Assembly (NCBI GenBank): GCA_022729775.1 | Contig: DZBA01000001.1 | Coordinates: 1 to 32,944 of the forward strand | From: Anaerolinea thermophila | GTDB lineage: Bacteria; Chloroflexota; Anaerolineae; Anaerolineales; Villigracilaceae | Length of the DNA stretch: 32,944 nucleotides | Reading direction: 5' to 3' | Shown here: piece by piece, positions 8,820-18,194 of the stretch | Layout: each line of letters begins with the position of its first letter | Numbering within the stretch: position 1 is the first letter of the stretch | The notes under the pieces: model-generated | Database searches by the model: none | What the model was told of the DNA's origin: nothing | What the model saw: only the letters and a program-made list of their open reading frames with translations | Translations under genes and position numbers: made by a program

Positions 8820-10174
8820 TTCCAGCGATTCGCTGCGGGAAAGAATGTGGACGTTTGTTGATTGCGCGTGAGATACCACATGATGAATAAAACAATCAGC
8901 GGGGCGAGGAGGCGACCAAACGACCAGGGGAAGAAGTCAAACGAGGGGAGGATGAATTCGAGGAAGTAGGCGAAGGCGAACCACATCCACAGGTTTGGAA
9001 GTTCAATCACTTTGAGCAGCAGCAAGAATGAAAGCGCGAGGAAAAGTCCGTGATGATCCCAGACGATGGGGGAGGTTAATGTCATCACGATAAACAAAGA
9101 TGGCAGCGCGTTGAGTAAAATTTTGTTTTCGCTACTTGTAAAGGTTTGCTTGCGGACATTTTGCCACATCACGTAAATTGTAGATAAACCGAGCGCGGCT
9201 TTTAATCCCATTACCATCAGTCGCGTGAGTTCGATGTTGATTCCGAAGAAGGGATTGAGAAAACGGAAAAACGAATCAAATGAAGTGTCGTGGAAATTTG
9301 TATCTTTGATGTTGGTGAGGATTTGAATGTTGGCGACGTAATCGAAGTACGGACGAGTCCCTTCCAGCGCGAGGGGAATCAGCGCGATAAGGAGGAAGGT
9401 CAGCGCGAAGTAGGAAATCCACTTCCAATTGCGGGTGAGCAAAAAGGCAAGGACGAGCGCGGCAGGCGAGGTCTTGAGATGAACCGCCAGCGCGAGAAAA
9501 AGCGCGGAGAGAAAATCGTTTTTGCCAAAGGTCAACATGCCCGCCATCACCAACACCATGACCATGATGTTCACTTGCACATATCCCAAAGAGCGGTGCA
9601 GCGGCGTGTTGATGGTCATAAACAAAACCGCGACGATGACCGCGAAATGATTCGAGAATTCATACATCTCCAACACTCGGACAAGCAGCGCGTAGAAGAG
9701 TCCCAGCATGAGGATGTTCACCGCCCAAAGAATCGCCAACATCCCCGAATCTCCCAGCGGGGCGATGAACTGCAACATCGTCGCCCACAGCGGGAGATAT
9801 AAATAGGTGTCGGGCAAAGTCTGGTTGTTGTAAAGCGCGGTTGCGGCTTCGAGATAATACTGATAATCGCCATAGCGGAAACGCTCGCGCAAGACGTTGA
9901 GATACAGCAGGACGACGAGAAAAAATCCAGCCGTGAAGAGCGCGTTCTTTGCGTTTATTTTTTCTTTGAACAGCAAAAATAAAACCACGCCAACGGAAAG
10001 CCATGTGAAGGTCACGGCTTCGAGTGTGACGGTTAAATTAGATAGGGGCCATTCTTGAATAAAGAGGGAAATGCCCGTCATGCCGTTGCGGAGATAAATG
10101 GCGGCAACCTGTAAAATGACAAGCAGCGTAATGAGCAGCCATGCAGCCAGCGCGTTTTGGAAATATTTTTTCAT
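8804..10174 (-). CDS. GT-C fold glycosyltransferase, GT87 (DUF2029)-like
   Basis: GDYQYY, YLYLP, GYVQVN, LAVHLKTSP, SPIVWDHH resemble GT87 signatures; ATG 10174 preferred. Confidence 0.7.
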   Translation of the reverse strand: MKKYFQNALAAWLLITLLVILQVAAIYLRNGMTGISLFIQEWPLSNLTVTLEAVTFTWLSVGVVLFLLFKEKINAKNALFTAGFFLVVLLYLNVLRERFRYGDYQYYLEAATALYNNQTLPDTYLYLPLWATMLQFIAPLGDSGMLAILWAVNILMLGLFYALLVRVLEMYEFSNHFAVIVAVLFMTINTPLHRSLGYVQVNIMVMVLVMAGMLTFGKNDFLSALFLALAVHLKTSPAALVLAFLLTRNWKWISYFALTFLLIALIPLALEGTRPYFDYVANIQILTNIKDTNFHDTSFDSFFRFLNPFFGINIELTRLMVMGLKAALGLSTIYVMWQNVRKQTFTSSENKILLNALPSLFIVMTLTSPIVWDHHGLFLALSFLLLLKVIELPNLWMWFAFAYFLEFILPSFDFFPWSFGRLLAPLIVLFIMWYLTRNQQTSTFFPAANRWKISNL

Positions 10175-10178
10175 GGCA

Positions 10179-11696
10179 TTACCAGCACTTTTCTTCACGT
10201 TTTACTTTTTTAACATACGATAAGATTCCGCCGTTACGCTCCACGCTGTAAACGGTTTCTGCCTGCGCGCAGTGACCGACATCCGCATTGCTGCGCGTGA
10301 GATAAAGGACGTAGTAAAAGTCCACGCCGCGCAATTCCAAATCACTGGGACCGATAATCTTCAAATCGGGACGCGCGTATTCATCCGCAATCTGGCGCGA
10401 ACCAATCACAATCACCTGCGCGTTTTGGGGCGCGTTTTCGTTGAGGTATTCAAACGACTCCTTGAAGGACGTTCCCCAATAATCCAAATCATATTTGCGG
10501 AACGCGCCGCCTGTTCCGCCTGTGAAACTGTTGAAATAAGTATATTGATAGGGATGGAGTTGGACGCTGGCGTAAAGCCCCGGCGCGGCGAATAGAATCA
10601 ACAGCGCAGATTTCAACGCGAATGTTTTCGCGCGCGCAAATACCCAATCCATGCCAATCCCCGCGAGAAGGAACAGCGGCGGGAGCAGGAACAACAATTG
10701 GCGGGCGTTATCATACAGCGTGCTGCCGGAGAGCATAATCAAAAACGTGGGAAACAAAAACCAAAAGATAAAAAGCAGGAATGGTTCGCGGCTGGATTTG
10801 ACAGACCGCCGCAAGATGAATCCCAACGCCATCAAGACAAGCGCGGATTCGGTCAACTGCAACCCAATAAACGTGGGAATGTATCGCAGCGGCAGCTGGT
10901 CGGCGGGGTATAAATTCCCCATAAAAAGCGTTTCGCCTGTGTCGGGGAATTGTGACATGCTTAACAAACTGTCGGTAAAATTTGCAATGGGCGCTTTCCA
11001 CAAATAGGGCCAGGTTAGGTAAGCAACAAGCGCCGCAATGAAAAAATATTTCAGCGCGGGGGAGAGGAATCCGCGCGTCTTTCGCATCCCATAAAAGATG
11101 ACCAACGCGCCCGCCATCGGTCCCAGCGAGCGGATCGAGGTCGCAAGCCCCAGCGCAATTCCCGCCGCAAGAATTTTCTTCCATGTCGGGTCATCCATCA
11201 TCCGCAGACCAAGATACACGCTCGCAATGAAGAGCGACATAAACGGCGTATCTTTGGGATTCATCAGCGCGTGTCCCCAAAAGAGCGGCTGGGAGATGAA
11301 CAGCAGCGCAACCCCAAACGCCGACCATTCTCTCATCCAACGCAACGCAAGCAGGTATAAAAACAACACGCCAATCAGGAAGGTGATGAAATACGCGAAG
11401 TGATGCGCCGCATCCGCGCCCCAATTTGTGATGGGAATCAGCGCGCGTGAAATCATCTCCGCGTACATAAAATGCGCGGGACCATATAGATTCAAAATGG
11501 GAATCGAATTATCAGGCTGGAAGTCTTGAGGGCGAAAAATATATTCATACGCGCCAAGCGCGCGCGCGCTGTAACGATAAATGCCCGGTTCGTCCCAGCT
11601 CAAGCCGTAGTCCGGCGCGATGAAATATCCGAGGATCAAGGACAAGAGCAGCAGCACAAAAATAGCAAAGCGCGGTTTATGGTCAACGACGTTCAT
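10179..11696 (-). CDS. GT-C fold membrane glycosyltransferase (GT39/PMT_2-like)
   Basis: DYGLSWDE, NLYGP, WGHALMNPKD, YDNARQ, HPYQY.YFN, DYWG; ATG 11696 directly follows the upstream stop. Confidence 0.8.
   Translation of the reverse strand: MNVVDHKPRFAIFVLLLLSLILGYFIAPDYGLSWDEPGIYRYSARALGAYEYIFRPQDFQPDNSIPILNLYGPAHFMYAEMISRALIPITNWGADAAHHFAYFITFLIGVLFLYLLALRWMREWSAFGVALLFISQPLFWGHALMNPKDTPFMSLFIASVYLGLRMMDDPTWKKILAAGIALGLATSIRSLGPMAGALVIFYGMRKTRGFLSPALKYFFIAALVAYLTWPYLWKAPIANFTDSLLSMSQFPDTGETLFMGNLYPADQLPLRYIPTFIGLQLTESALVLMALGFILRRSVKSSREPFLLFIFWFLFPTFLIMLSGSTLYDNARQLLFLLPPLFLLAGIGMDWVFARAKTFALKSALLILFAAPGLYASVQLHPYQYTYFNSFTGGTGGAFRKYDLDYWGTSFKESFEYLNENAPQNAQVIVIGSRQIADEYARPDLKIIGPSDLELRGVDFYYVLYLTRSNADVGHCAQAETVYSVERNGGILSYVKKVKREEKCW
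11101..11384. repeat. Near-identical 284-bp block, copy 1 (copy 2 at 12623-12906)
   Basis: About 10 mismatches by manual alignment, no indels; 11260-11384 identical. Confidence 0.9.
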
Positions 11697-11697
11697 A

Positions 11698-13224
11698 TTA
11701 CCTACATTTTCCAATTGTGCCGGGTTTCATCACATAGGCAAAGATGACGCCATCCCGCCCGGTTTGATGAGCCAACTCCGACTTTTGACAGCGCAACGCG
11801 CCTTGATTTTTGCGCGTTAAAATCAACACATAATCATAGCCTGCCTGCGGAGTCGGGTCGTTTTGTTCGGTGATGACACGCAAATCAGGACGGGCGTAAT
11901 ACATGGCGGTTTCCTCTGGACCGGAGAGAATCAAAATGCGCGCGCGCGCAGGCGCGTTTGCATTGACATACTCCATTGATTCTTTGAACGAAATACCCCA
12001 ATAGTCTGTATCGAATTTATTCGACGCGCCCTTCATGCCGCCCACAAAACTATTGTAATAAGCATATTCGTATGGATGCAATTGAATCGCGGCAAACAAC
12101 CCGGGCAGGATAAAAATCAGCAACAAGGCGTTTTTGATTGCGCCGCTGGAAATACGCGCGGAAAGAAATTCCAGCGCGAAGCCGGTCACAATAAACATAG
12201 GCGGCAGCAGAAAAAATATCTGGCGCGCATTATCATAAAGGACGCTGCCCAGCAGAATGACAGCGGATACGGGCAGCGCAAACCAAAAGAGTGTCAATGC
12301 TATCGGCTCCCATTTTTGGGATGCAAGCATAACAAGCGCTCCAGCGGTAAATAGAAACAGCGCGGGTTCTGTCAATTGCAACGCAAACAAGACAGGCACG
12401 TAAGAGCGCGGCAATTGATCTGGCAGGTAAAGGTTTCCCCAAAACAAAATTCTTGTGTCAAAGGGAAATTGCGACATGACCTCAAGGCTTTCTATAAGGT
12501 TTGCAATGGGCGCTTTCCACAAATAGGGCCAGGTCAAATAGGCGGCAATCAGCGCGACGATTGAGTATTTCAACGCGGGGATGAAAAACCCGCGCGGGGA
12601 TTTTCGCAGCCCATACAGAAGAACCAGCGCGCCCGCCATCGGTCCCAGCGAGCGGATCGAAGTCGCAAAGCCCAATGCAATTCCCGCCGCGAGAATTTTC
12701 TTCCACGTCGGGTCATCCATCATCCGCAGACCAAGATATACGCTCGCAATGAAGAGCGACATAAACGGCGTATCTTTGGGGTTCATCAGCGCGTGTCCCC
12801 AAAAGAGCGGCTGGGAGATGAACAGCAGCGCAACCCCAAACGCCGACCATTCTCTCATCCAACGCAACGCAAGCAGGTATAAAAACAACACGCCAATCAG
12901 GAAGGTTGTGAAGTAAACAAAATGTTCTGCTGTGCCATTTGCCCATGATGGCAGGATTTTGATAATCAGTTCCGCAATAAAAGCGGAATATAAAAAGTGC
13001 GCGGGACCGTACAAATTGAGAATGTGAATAGATGTATCAGGTTGAAAATCGTGCGGACGAAAAACATATTGATACGCGCCGAGCAATCGTTTGCTGTAAC
13101 TGAAAATCCCGGCTTCGTCCCAGCTCAAGCCGTAATCCGGCGCGGCAAAACATCCGATGAGGAAGGCAGCGGATAACAAGAGCGTGATGGGCAGGTGCGG
13201 TTGTTTCGTTTTGACGGTATTCAT
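11698..13224 (-). CDS. GT-C fold membrane glycosyltransferase (GT39/PMT_2-like)
   Basis: Same motif set as the 10179 paralog; ATGA overlap with upstream gene. Confidence 0.8.
   Translation of the reverse strand: MNTVKTKQPHLPITLLLSAAFLIGCFAAPDYGLSWDEAGIFSYSKRLLGAYQYVFRPHDFQPDTSIHILNLYGPAHFLYSAFIAELIIKILPSWANGTAEHFVYFTTFLIGVLFLYLLALRWMREWSAFGVALLFISQPLFWGHALMNPKDTPFMSLFIASVYLGLRMMDDPTWKKILAAGIALGFATSIRSLGPMAGALVLLYGLRKSPRGFFIPALKYSIVALIAAYLTWPYLWKAPIANLIESLEVMSQFPFDTRILFWGNLYLPDQLPRSYVPVLFALQLTEPALFLFTAGALVMLASQKWEPIALTLFWFALPVSAVILLGSVLYDNARQIFFLLPPMFIVTGFALEFLSARISSGAIKNALLLIFILPGLFAAIQLHPYEYAYYNSFVGGMKGASNKFDTDYWGISFKESMEYVNANAPARARILILSGPEETAMYYARPDLRVITEQNDPTPQAGYDYVLILTRKNQGALRCQKSELAHQTGRDGVIFAYVMKPGTIGKCR
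12623..12906. repeat. Near-identical 284-bp block, copy 2
   Basis: Aligns with 11101-11384 at offset 1522. Confidence 0.9.
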
Positions 13225-14639
13225 TTTTCACAGCGGACAAAAATTACAGCGTAATCATCGCGGTATTGTTCGCACCAGATTTTTGATTCGGTCACAGCCT
13301 GAATTAATTTGGGCTGCGAGGTTTGGGATAACATCAACAGGTTAATTCCTTCGCGGTCGAACATCGCCTGCCAGTTTTCCGCACGGCTGACTTGCGTATA
13401 CTCCGCCCACTGTTCAGGCGGAAAAGCGTTGAAGCGGCTGTCCATCCACGGCTTGCGTGATTGCAGGTTGAACGAGAGATAACCGCCGAAGGCGTAATCT
13501 GTCCACAGCGGACCGGGCAATTCGGGGCGCTGACTCAGCCATGCCGCCGCCGCAACCGGCGTGGTGGAAAGTTCATATACGCGGATGGAATCACCGAGCC
13601 ATTTTTCGCGCAGTCCATGAAGAAAGAGCAGCGAAGACGCCAGCATCGAAATTCCAAAGACGAGGTTGACAATGGGAAATTTATTTTGGATTTTATCGAA
13701 ACGACGCGCCCATTCAGATAAAAGCGCGGCGGTGAGAATCGTCAGAATGAACAAGAACCAGATGACATAGCGCATCCCTGTAAATGCGAGCCAGCCAAAT
13801 CCGAGGAAGAGAATCCACTCAAAGGCGGAGAGTCTGCGCGGCGAAATCCCCGCCAGCGGCGCGAAGAGAATCGTCCAGGCAAAAAAGATATTCATCTGCC
13901 AGCCTTCGTTGCGCGGCGGCATCCACTCGAACGCAAAGAGCTGGTCGGATGGCGAGTTGAGCATGAAGAAAAAATAATTCCAGACTTTATATCCAAACGG
14001 GTTGATGAGCGTCGCCAAAAGCATGAAGCCAAAAACAATCCACAACGGTTTGCGCGCGCCCTTTCCAAACAGGAGCGCGGCAGCGGTCAGAATCAAAGGC
14101 AGAACAAATGAGCCATGAATGTTTACCCACAACAGGGTGATGATGGGAAGCGCCCACAAAGATTGTTTGTTTTGCGAATTTTGCCATTGAAAGAGAATCC
14201 ACAGACACAGCGCAAAAAGCGGGTATGCAAGCAATTGATTCCGCATTGCCCAGTTGTTTCCGCTGGCAAGCCCAAGAATGAAAACCAGAACCGTTGCAAG
14301 GCGCGGATTGGAAACCGCGCGCGCCGTCGCCCAAATCATCCCGTATGCAATGCCGAGCAAAATTCCGCGCAGAAGAAAAGTCAGCGGGAGTCCGCCAAGT
14401 TGGTAAACGATGTAAAAAATTACGCCAGATAACCAGGTTTGATAAATGATGGGCTGGTTTTGCTGGCTTGCGCTGATGGTATCGGTGAGCGGAATCGCGC
14501 CGCCGCGCAGCGCGTCCTGTCCCACGCGCAACGCCCACCAATAATCCTGCGGCTGGATGGCAAGCAGGAATGAAATGGCGATAAGCGGCATCAATGCCAA
14601 ACTAAGCCACAGAAAATCATCGGAACGGGCGCGGGACAT
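13221..14639 (-). CDS. Polytopic membrane protein, probable GT-C fold glycosyltransferase
   Basis: QDYWW..RVG in the first loop, IP..D..S, LWVNIHGSF, INPFG, EW.P, GGYL, DSR motifs; about 11 TM segments. Confidence 0.65.
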   Translation of the reverse strand: MSRARSDDFLWLSLALMPLIAISFLLAIQPQDYWWALRVGQDALRGGAIPLTDTISASQQNQPIIYQTWLSGVIFYIVYQLGGLPLTFLLRGILLGIAYGMIWATARAVSNPRLATVLVFILGLASGNNWAMRNQLLAYPLFALCLWILFQWQNSQNKQSLWALPIITLLWVNIHGSFVLPLILTAAALLFGKGARKPLWIVFGFMLLATLINPFGYKVWNYFFFMLNSPSDQLFAFEWMPPRNEGWQMNIFFAWTILFAPLAGISPRRLSAFEWILFLGFGWLAFTGMRYVIWFLFILTILTAALLSEWARRFDKIQNKFPIVNLVFGISMLASSLLFLHGLREKWLGDSIRVYELSTTPVAAAAWLSQRPELPGPLWTDYAFGGYLSFNLQSRKPWMDSRFNAFPPEQWAEYTQVSRAENWQAMFDREGINLLMLSQTSQPKLIQAVTESKIWCEQYRDDYAVIFVRCEK

Positions 14640-14691
14640 GGATGGATTTTAACCGTAAATTCCACGTTTTGCCGTCGGGTATAATCTTTTT
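14640..14691. promoter_or_regulatory. Back-to-back -10 boxes for divergent, probably leaderless transcripts
   Basis: Minus-strand TAAAAT (14646-14651) 6 nt before ATG 14639; plus-strand TATAAT (14680-14685) 6 nt before ATG 14692; no SD on either side. Confidence 0.65.
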
Positions 14692-16419
14692 ATGGTGAAT
14701 AGAAAAAAACTTGTCGAACCGATTTTGTATCTTGTATTAATCATCTCCCTGCTTGCGCCACGCCTGCCGGGGCTGGGAAGTTACGTCACATTAGATGAGC
14801 CGTATTGGTTGAGCATGGGCGCAAATTTTTATTACGCGCTCGGTCAACGCGAATTTCAAAACACGGTATATGAATACCAGCCCGCTGTGACAACCATGTG
14901 GATTATCACTGCCGCCATGTTAATGTACTTCCCCCAATATCGCGGGTTTGGTCAGGGCTATCTTGATTACAACAAAGGCTTGCTCGATGGTTTTCTCATC
15001 GAACACGGCAGGCATCCGCTAGAGTTGCTGGAAATTTCCCGCGTGATACAGGTTGTTGTCGTCGCCGTATTATTTTTAGTTTTGTATTATTTGTTGAAAA
15101 GGTTCGTAAATAAATTCGTCGCGGCGTTCGCAATTCTGTTCGCGTCGCTCGACCCATTTTTTCTCAGCCAGTCGCGCATGTTGGATCATGAAGCCATGCT
15201 CTCGCTGTTCGTCATGATTTCACTGCTGGCGCTGGCAATTTATTTTTCACTGGACAAACGCTTCGGATTTTTGCTGCTATCGGGAGTTGCCGCAGGGCTG
15301 GCGCAATTGACAAAATCATCCGCGATTGCCATGCTCGTACCGGTGGGGATTTTATTTCTAGCGCAGGTTTATCAGCAGCGCGCGCATGGCTGGTGGAAGT
15401 CGCTGCTTGACAACGCGAAAATATTTTTCATCTGGCTTGGGATTTTAATCGCCGCGTATTTTATCTTCTGGCCTGGCATGTGGGTCGCGCCGCAGAAAAT
15501 GTTATATGAAGTATACGGTAATGCGTTTAGTTACGCATTCCAGGGCGGTCGGCTGGCTGTCACCGGCGAGTTGGAATCTTCACAGTTCAGCGTTGAATTG
15601 AATCTCGCGGGCATTCTATCCCTGACGGAGATGTTGCTGCGCCGCACCACATGGTTGACATGGATTGGAATCCTGCTGGGATTTGCGCTGCCCTTCTCCC
15701 GCGACATGGAATGGGATGGCGCGCGCAGATGGCTGTTTGCGTTGTGTTGGGCGACGGCTGCGGCGTTCATCATCATGTTCGGAATCGCGCAGGGGCGCAA
15801 CTCGCCGCATTACATTCTATGCAGTTATCTCGCGTTGAACATTCTAGCGGGCTTGGGTTGGTTCTATTTCGCGCAGCGGATTTCAAGCCGCGTCACAATT
15901 CAATATTCCGCGCTGGTGGCTTTACTACTCATTCAGTGGGTAGCCTCCCTGCCGTTTTACCCTTACTATTACACTTACGAAAATCCGCTTTCTAAAAATA
16001 CCCGAAACGCCGCCGCGCCCTTGTTCCCCTACGGCGAAGGGCTGGAACTCGCCGGGCAATATCTTGCGGGCTTGCCCAACGCAAAAAATTCCACCGCGCT
16101 GGTTTATTTCAGTCGCGGATGTTTTTCCTATTTCTATCCCGGCACGACCAACGGATTCAAGCCTTATTATGTGGACGGGCTTCACGCAAAAGACTTAATG
16201 CGCGAGGTTACCTCTGCGGATTATCTGATTGTCTATTACGCGCTTCAATCCCGCCTTCCAAAATATGAAGGATATATCGAGGCGCTGTCCGGCGCGCAGC
16301 CGCTCCATGAGGTCTGGCTGGACGGACGCAAATATGTCGTCATCTACCAAGTGAATCAAATCCCCGAAAGCGTATTAAACGCGCTTGCGAATTTACCGCC
16401 CATAGAACCAATAGAATGA
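14692..16419 (+). CDS. GT-C fold membrane glycosyltransferase (GT39/PMT_2-like)
   Basis: TLDEP.W, YQPAVT, DPFF...SR, LAQLTKSS, PYYYTY.NP, YGEGL. Confidence 0.8.
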   Translation: MVNRKKLVEPILYLVLIISLLAPRLPGLGSYVTLDEPYWLSMGANFYYALGQREFQNTVYEYQPAVTTMWIITAAMLMYFPQYRGFGQGYLDYNKGLLDGFLIEHGRHPLELLEISRVIQVVVVAVLFLVLYYLLKRFVNKFVAAFAILFASLDPFFLSQSRMLDHEAMLSLFVMISLLALAIYFSLDKRFGFLLLSGVAAGLAQLTKSSAIAMLVPVGILFLAQVYQQRAHGWWKSLLDNAKIFFIWLGILIAAYFIFWPGMWVAPQKMLYEVYGNAFSYAFQGGRLAVTGELESSQFSVELNLAGILSLTEMLLRRTTWLTWIGILLGFALPFSRDMEWDGARRWLFALCWATAAAFIIMFGIAQGRNSPHYILCSYLALNILAGLGWFYFAQRISSRVTIQYSALVALLLIQWVASLPFYPYYYTYENPLSKNTRNAAAPLFPYGEGLELAGQYLAGLPNAKNSTALVYFSRGCFSYFYPGTTNGFKPYYVDGLHAKDLMREVTSADYLIVYYALQSRLPKYEGYIEALSGAQPLHEVWLDGRKYVVIYQVNQIPESVLNALANLPPIEPIE

Positions 16420-18113
16420 GAAGCAACGTGAAAAAACATACATGGCTGCTCCTGCTGCTTTTGCTTGCATTAATCATCCCGGCGCGAGTCGCCGGCGTGG
16501 ATCAATTCGCCACGCTGGATGAACCCTGGTGGCTCATCTCCGGCTCCAATTTTTATTACGCGCTCACACACCGCGAATTTACCAACACAGTTTATGACTA
16601 TCATCCCGCCGTGACAACAATGTGGGTGGTGACTGCGGGCATGGTTTCATACTTTCCGGAATATCGCGTTTTCAACCAGGGATATTTCGACGTCCGCAAG
16701 CCGATGTTTGAGAACTTCCTGCGCGAAAAAGGGCGCGACGCGCTGCCGCTCATCCGCAACAGCAGGCTGGTACAAGTTGCGCTGTTGACCTTGCTGGCTG
16801 CGCTGTGCTTTTTGCTGCTGCGCTTGTTAGTGGACGAAAAAGCCGCATTCCTTTCGATTGCGCTGGCGATGAACGCGCCTTTCTTCATGGGACATTCGCG
16901 CCTGCTGAATCACGAAGCGATGCTGGCGATGTTCAGCATTGCATCCCTGCTGGCAATGCAGGTCTATCTCAACCGCGAGCGCAAAATCATATACCTGATC
17001 ATTTCCGGTGTGATGTTCGGTCTCGCGCAATTAACAAAATCATCCTCCATTGTTTTGCTGCCGCTGGTCGGTTTGATGCTGGCGCTTCCTCTCTTTCGGC
17101 GTGACGAAAAAACATGGCTCACAAAAATTGGGTCTGCGGCAAAGATATTTCTCATTTGGTTATTGACCGGGATATTCATTTACGCGCTGCTCTGGCCTGG
17201 TGTGTGGGTTGCGCCGCTGAAAATGTTCAGCGAAGTGTATGGCAACGCATTCAGTTACGCGCTGCAAGGCGGACGGCTCGATGTGACCGAAGACCTGCAA
17301 CCCGAGAAATTCAGCCTTGCCGCAAATTTCAAACAAGTCTGGTCTTACGCGCTGCAATGGATTCGCTCGTCCACGCCGCTTTCATGGCTCGGCTTGATGC
17401 TTGTCCCGTTTTTCTTTTTCAAGAAAGAGAAAGAAACGCCCGCGCTGATTCGCTCCACGCCCGCGTATTTGTTCATTCTGGCGCTGTTGTTCATGCTGTT
17501 ATTTGGCATCGCGCAGGGACGCGATTCATCCCATTACGTCCTGACCAGTTTCGTCAGTTTGGACATCATCGCGGGAATCGGCTTGGCATACGCCGCGCTC
17601 TGGGCGCAAGAAAAATGGACAGGATTCAGCCGCGCATATTTCATCCCCTTGATTTTTACCGCGCTTGTGATTTTTCAACTCGGCAGCGGATTGCTTCATT
17701 ACCCGTATTATTACACGTATAAAAACCCATTTGTAAAGCAGGGCGGCGTACATGGTTACGGCGAAGGCTTGGATCAGGCTGCGGATTATCTGGCGCAAAA
17801 GCCGGGCGCAAAGGATATGTACGTCATCGCTTACGCGGGGCGCGGATGTTTTTCTTATTTTTACCCCGGCAGGACCGACCACATGAAACTCGGCTTGAAA
17901 GATGGAATTCCGTACATCGAGCAAATCCAAGACGCGGACTATCTTGTCGTGTACTCCATCCGCCAGCGCGGGCGACTCAACGACGCGGAACTGATTCGCT
18001 TTTTGCAAGAGGTCGCGCCCGAAAAAATAATTTCGTTCGACGGGTTCGAGTACGCCCGCGTTTACAAAATCACAGACCTGCCGCAAGAGATTTTTACCGC
18101 GCTCATTCCATAA
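16416..18113 (+). CDS. GT-C fold membrane glycosyltransferase (tandem paralog of 14692)
   Basis: TLDEPWW, YHPAVT, LAQLTKSS, EVYGNAFSYA.QGGRL, YGEGL shared with neighbour; ATGA overlap. Confidence 0.8.
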   Translation: MRSNVKKHTWLLLLLLLALIIPARVAGVDQFATLDEPWWLISGSNFYYALTHREFTNTVYDYHPAVTTMWVVTAGMVSYFPEYRVFNQGYFDVRKPMFENFLREKGRDALPLIRNSRLVQVALLTLLAALCFLLLRLLVDEKAAFLSIALAMNAPFFMGHSRLLNHEAMLAMFSIASLLAMQVYLNRERKIIYLIISGVMFGLAQLTKSSSIVLLPLVGLMLALPLFRRDEKTWLTKIGSAAKIFLIWLLTGIFIYALLWPGVWVAPLKMFSEVYGNAFSYALQGGRLDVTEDLQPEKFSLAANFKQVWSYALQWIRSSTPLSWLGLMLVPFFFFKKEKETPALIRSTPAYLFILALLFMLLFGIAQGRDSSHYVLTSFVSLDIIAGIGLAYAALWAQEKWTGFSRAYFIPLIFTALVIFQLGSGLLHYPYYYTYKNPFVKQGGVHGYGEGLDQAADYLAQKPGAKDMYVIAYAGRGCFSYFYPGRTDHMKLGLKDGIPYIEQIQDADYLVVYSIRQRGRLNDAELIRFLQEVAPEKIISFDGFEYARVYKITDLPQEIFTALIP

Positions 18114-18194
18114 ATTCTCCCTGCCAGAAAAAGCAAACAGCTAGTAAACTATAAAAATGCACCCTGTTCTGTCAAATCCATTGGAGCAATCGAA

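Noticed and set aside
8251-8895. 214-aa alternative-frame ORF and similar long shadow ORFs (e.g. 17114-17722, 19056-19718, 24090-24665)
   Set aside because: Overlap well-supported genes, mostly R/P/A-rich shadow composition, no recognisable motifs
11101-12906. Template/variable repeat pair of a diversity-generating retroelement
   Set aside because: Mismatches are mostly synonymous transitions in both directions, not adenine-specific; both copies are coding; no reverse transcriptase
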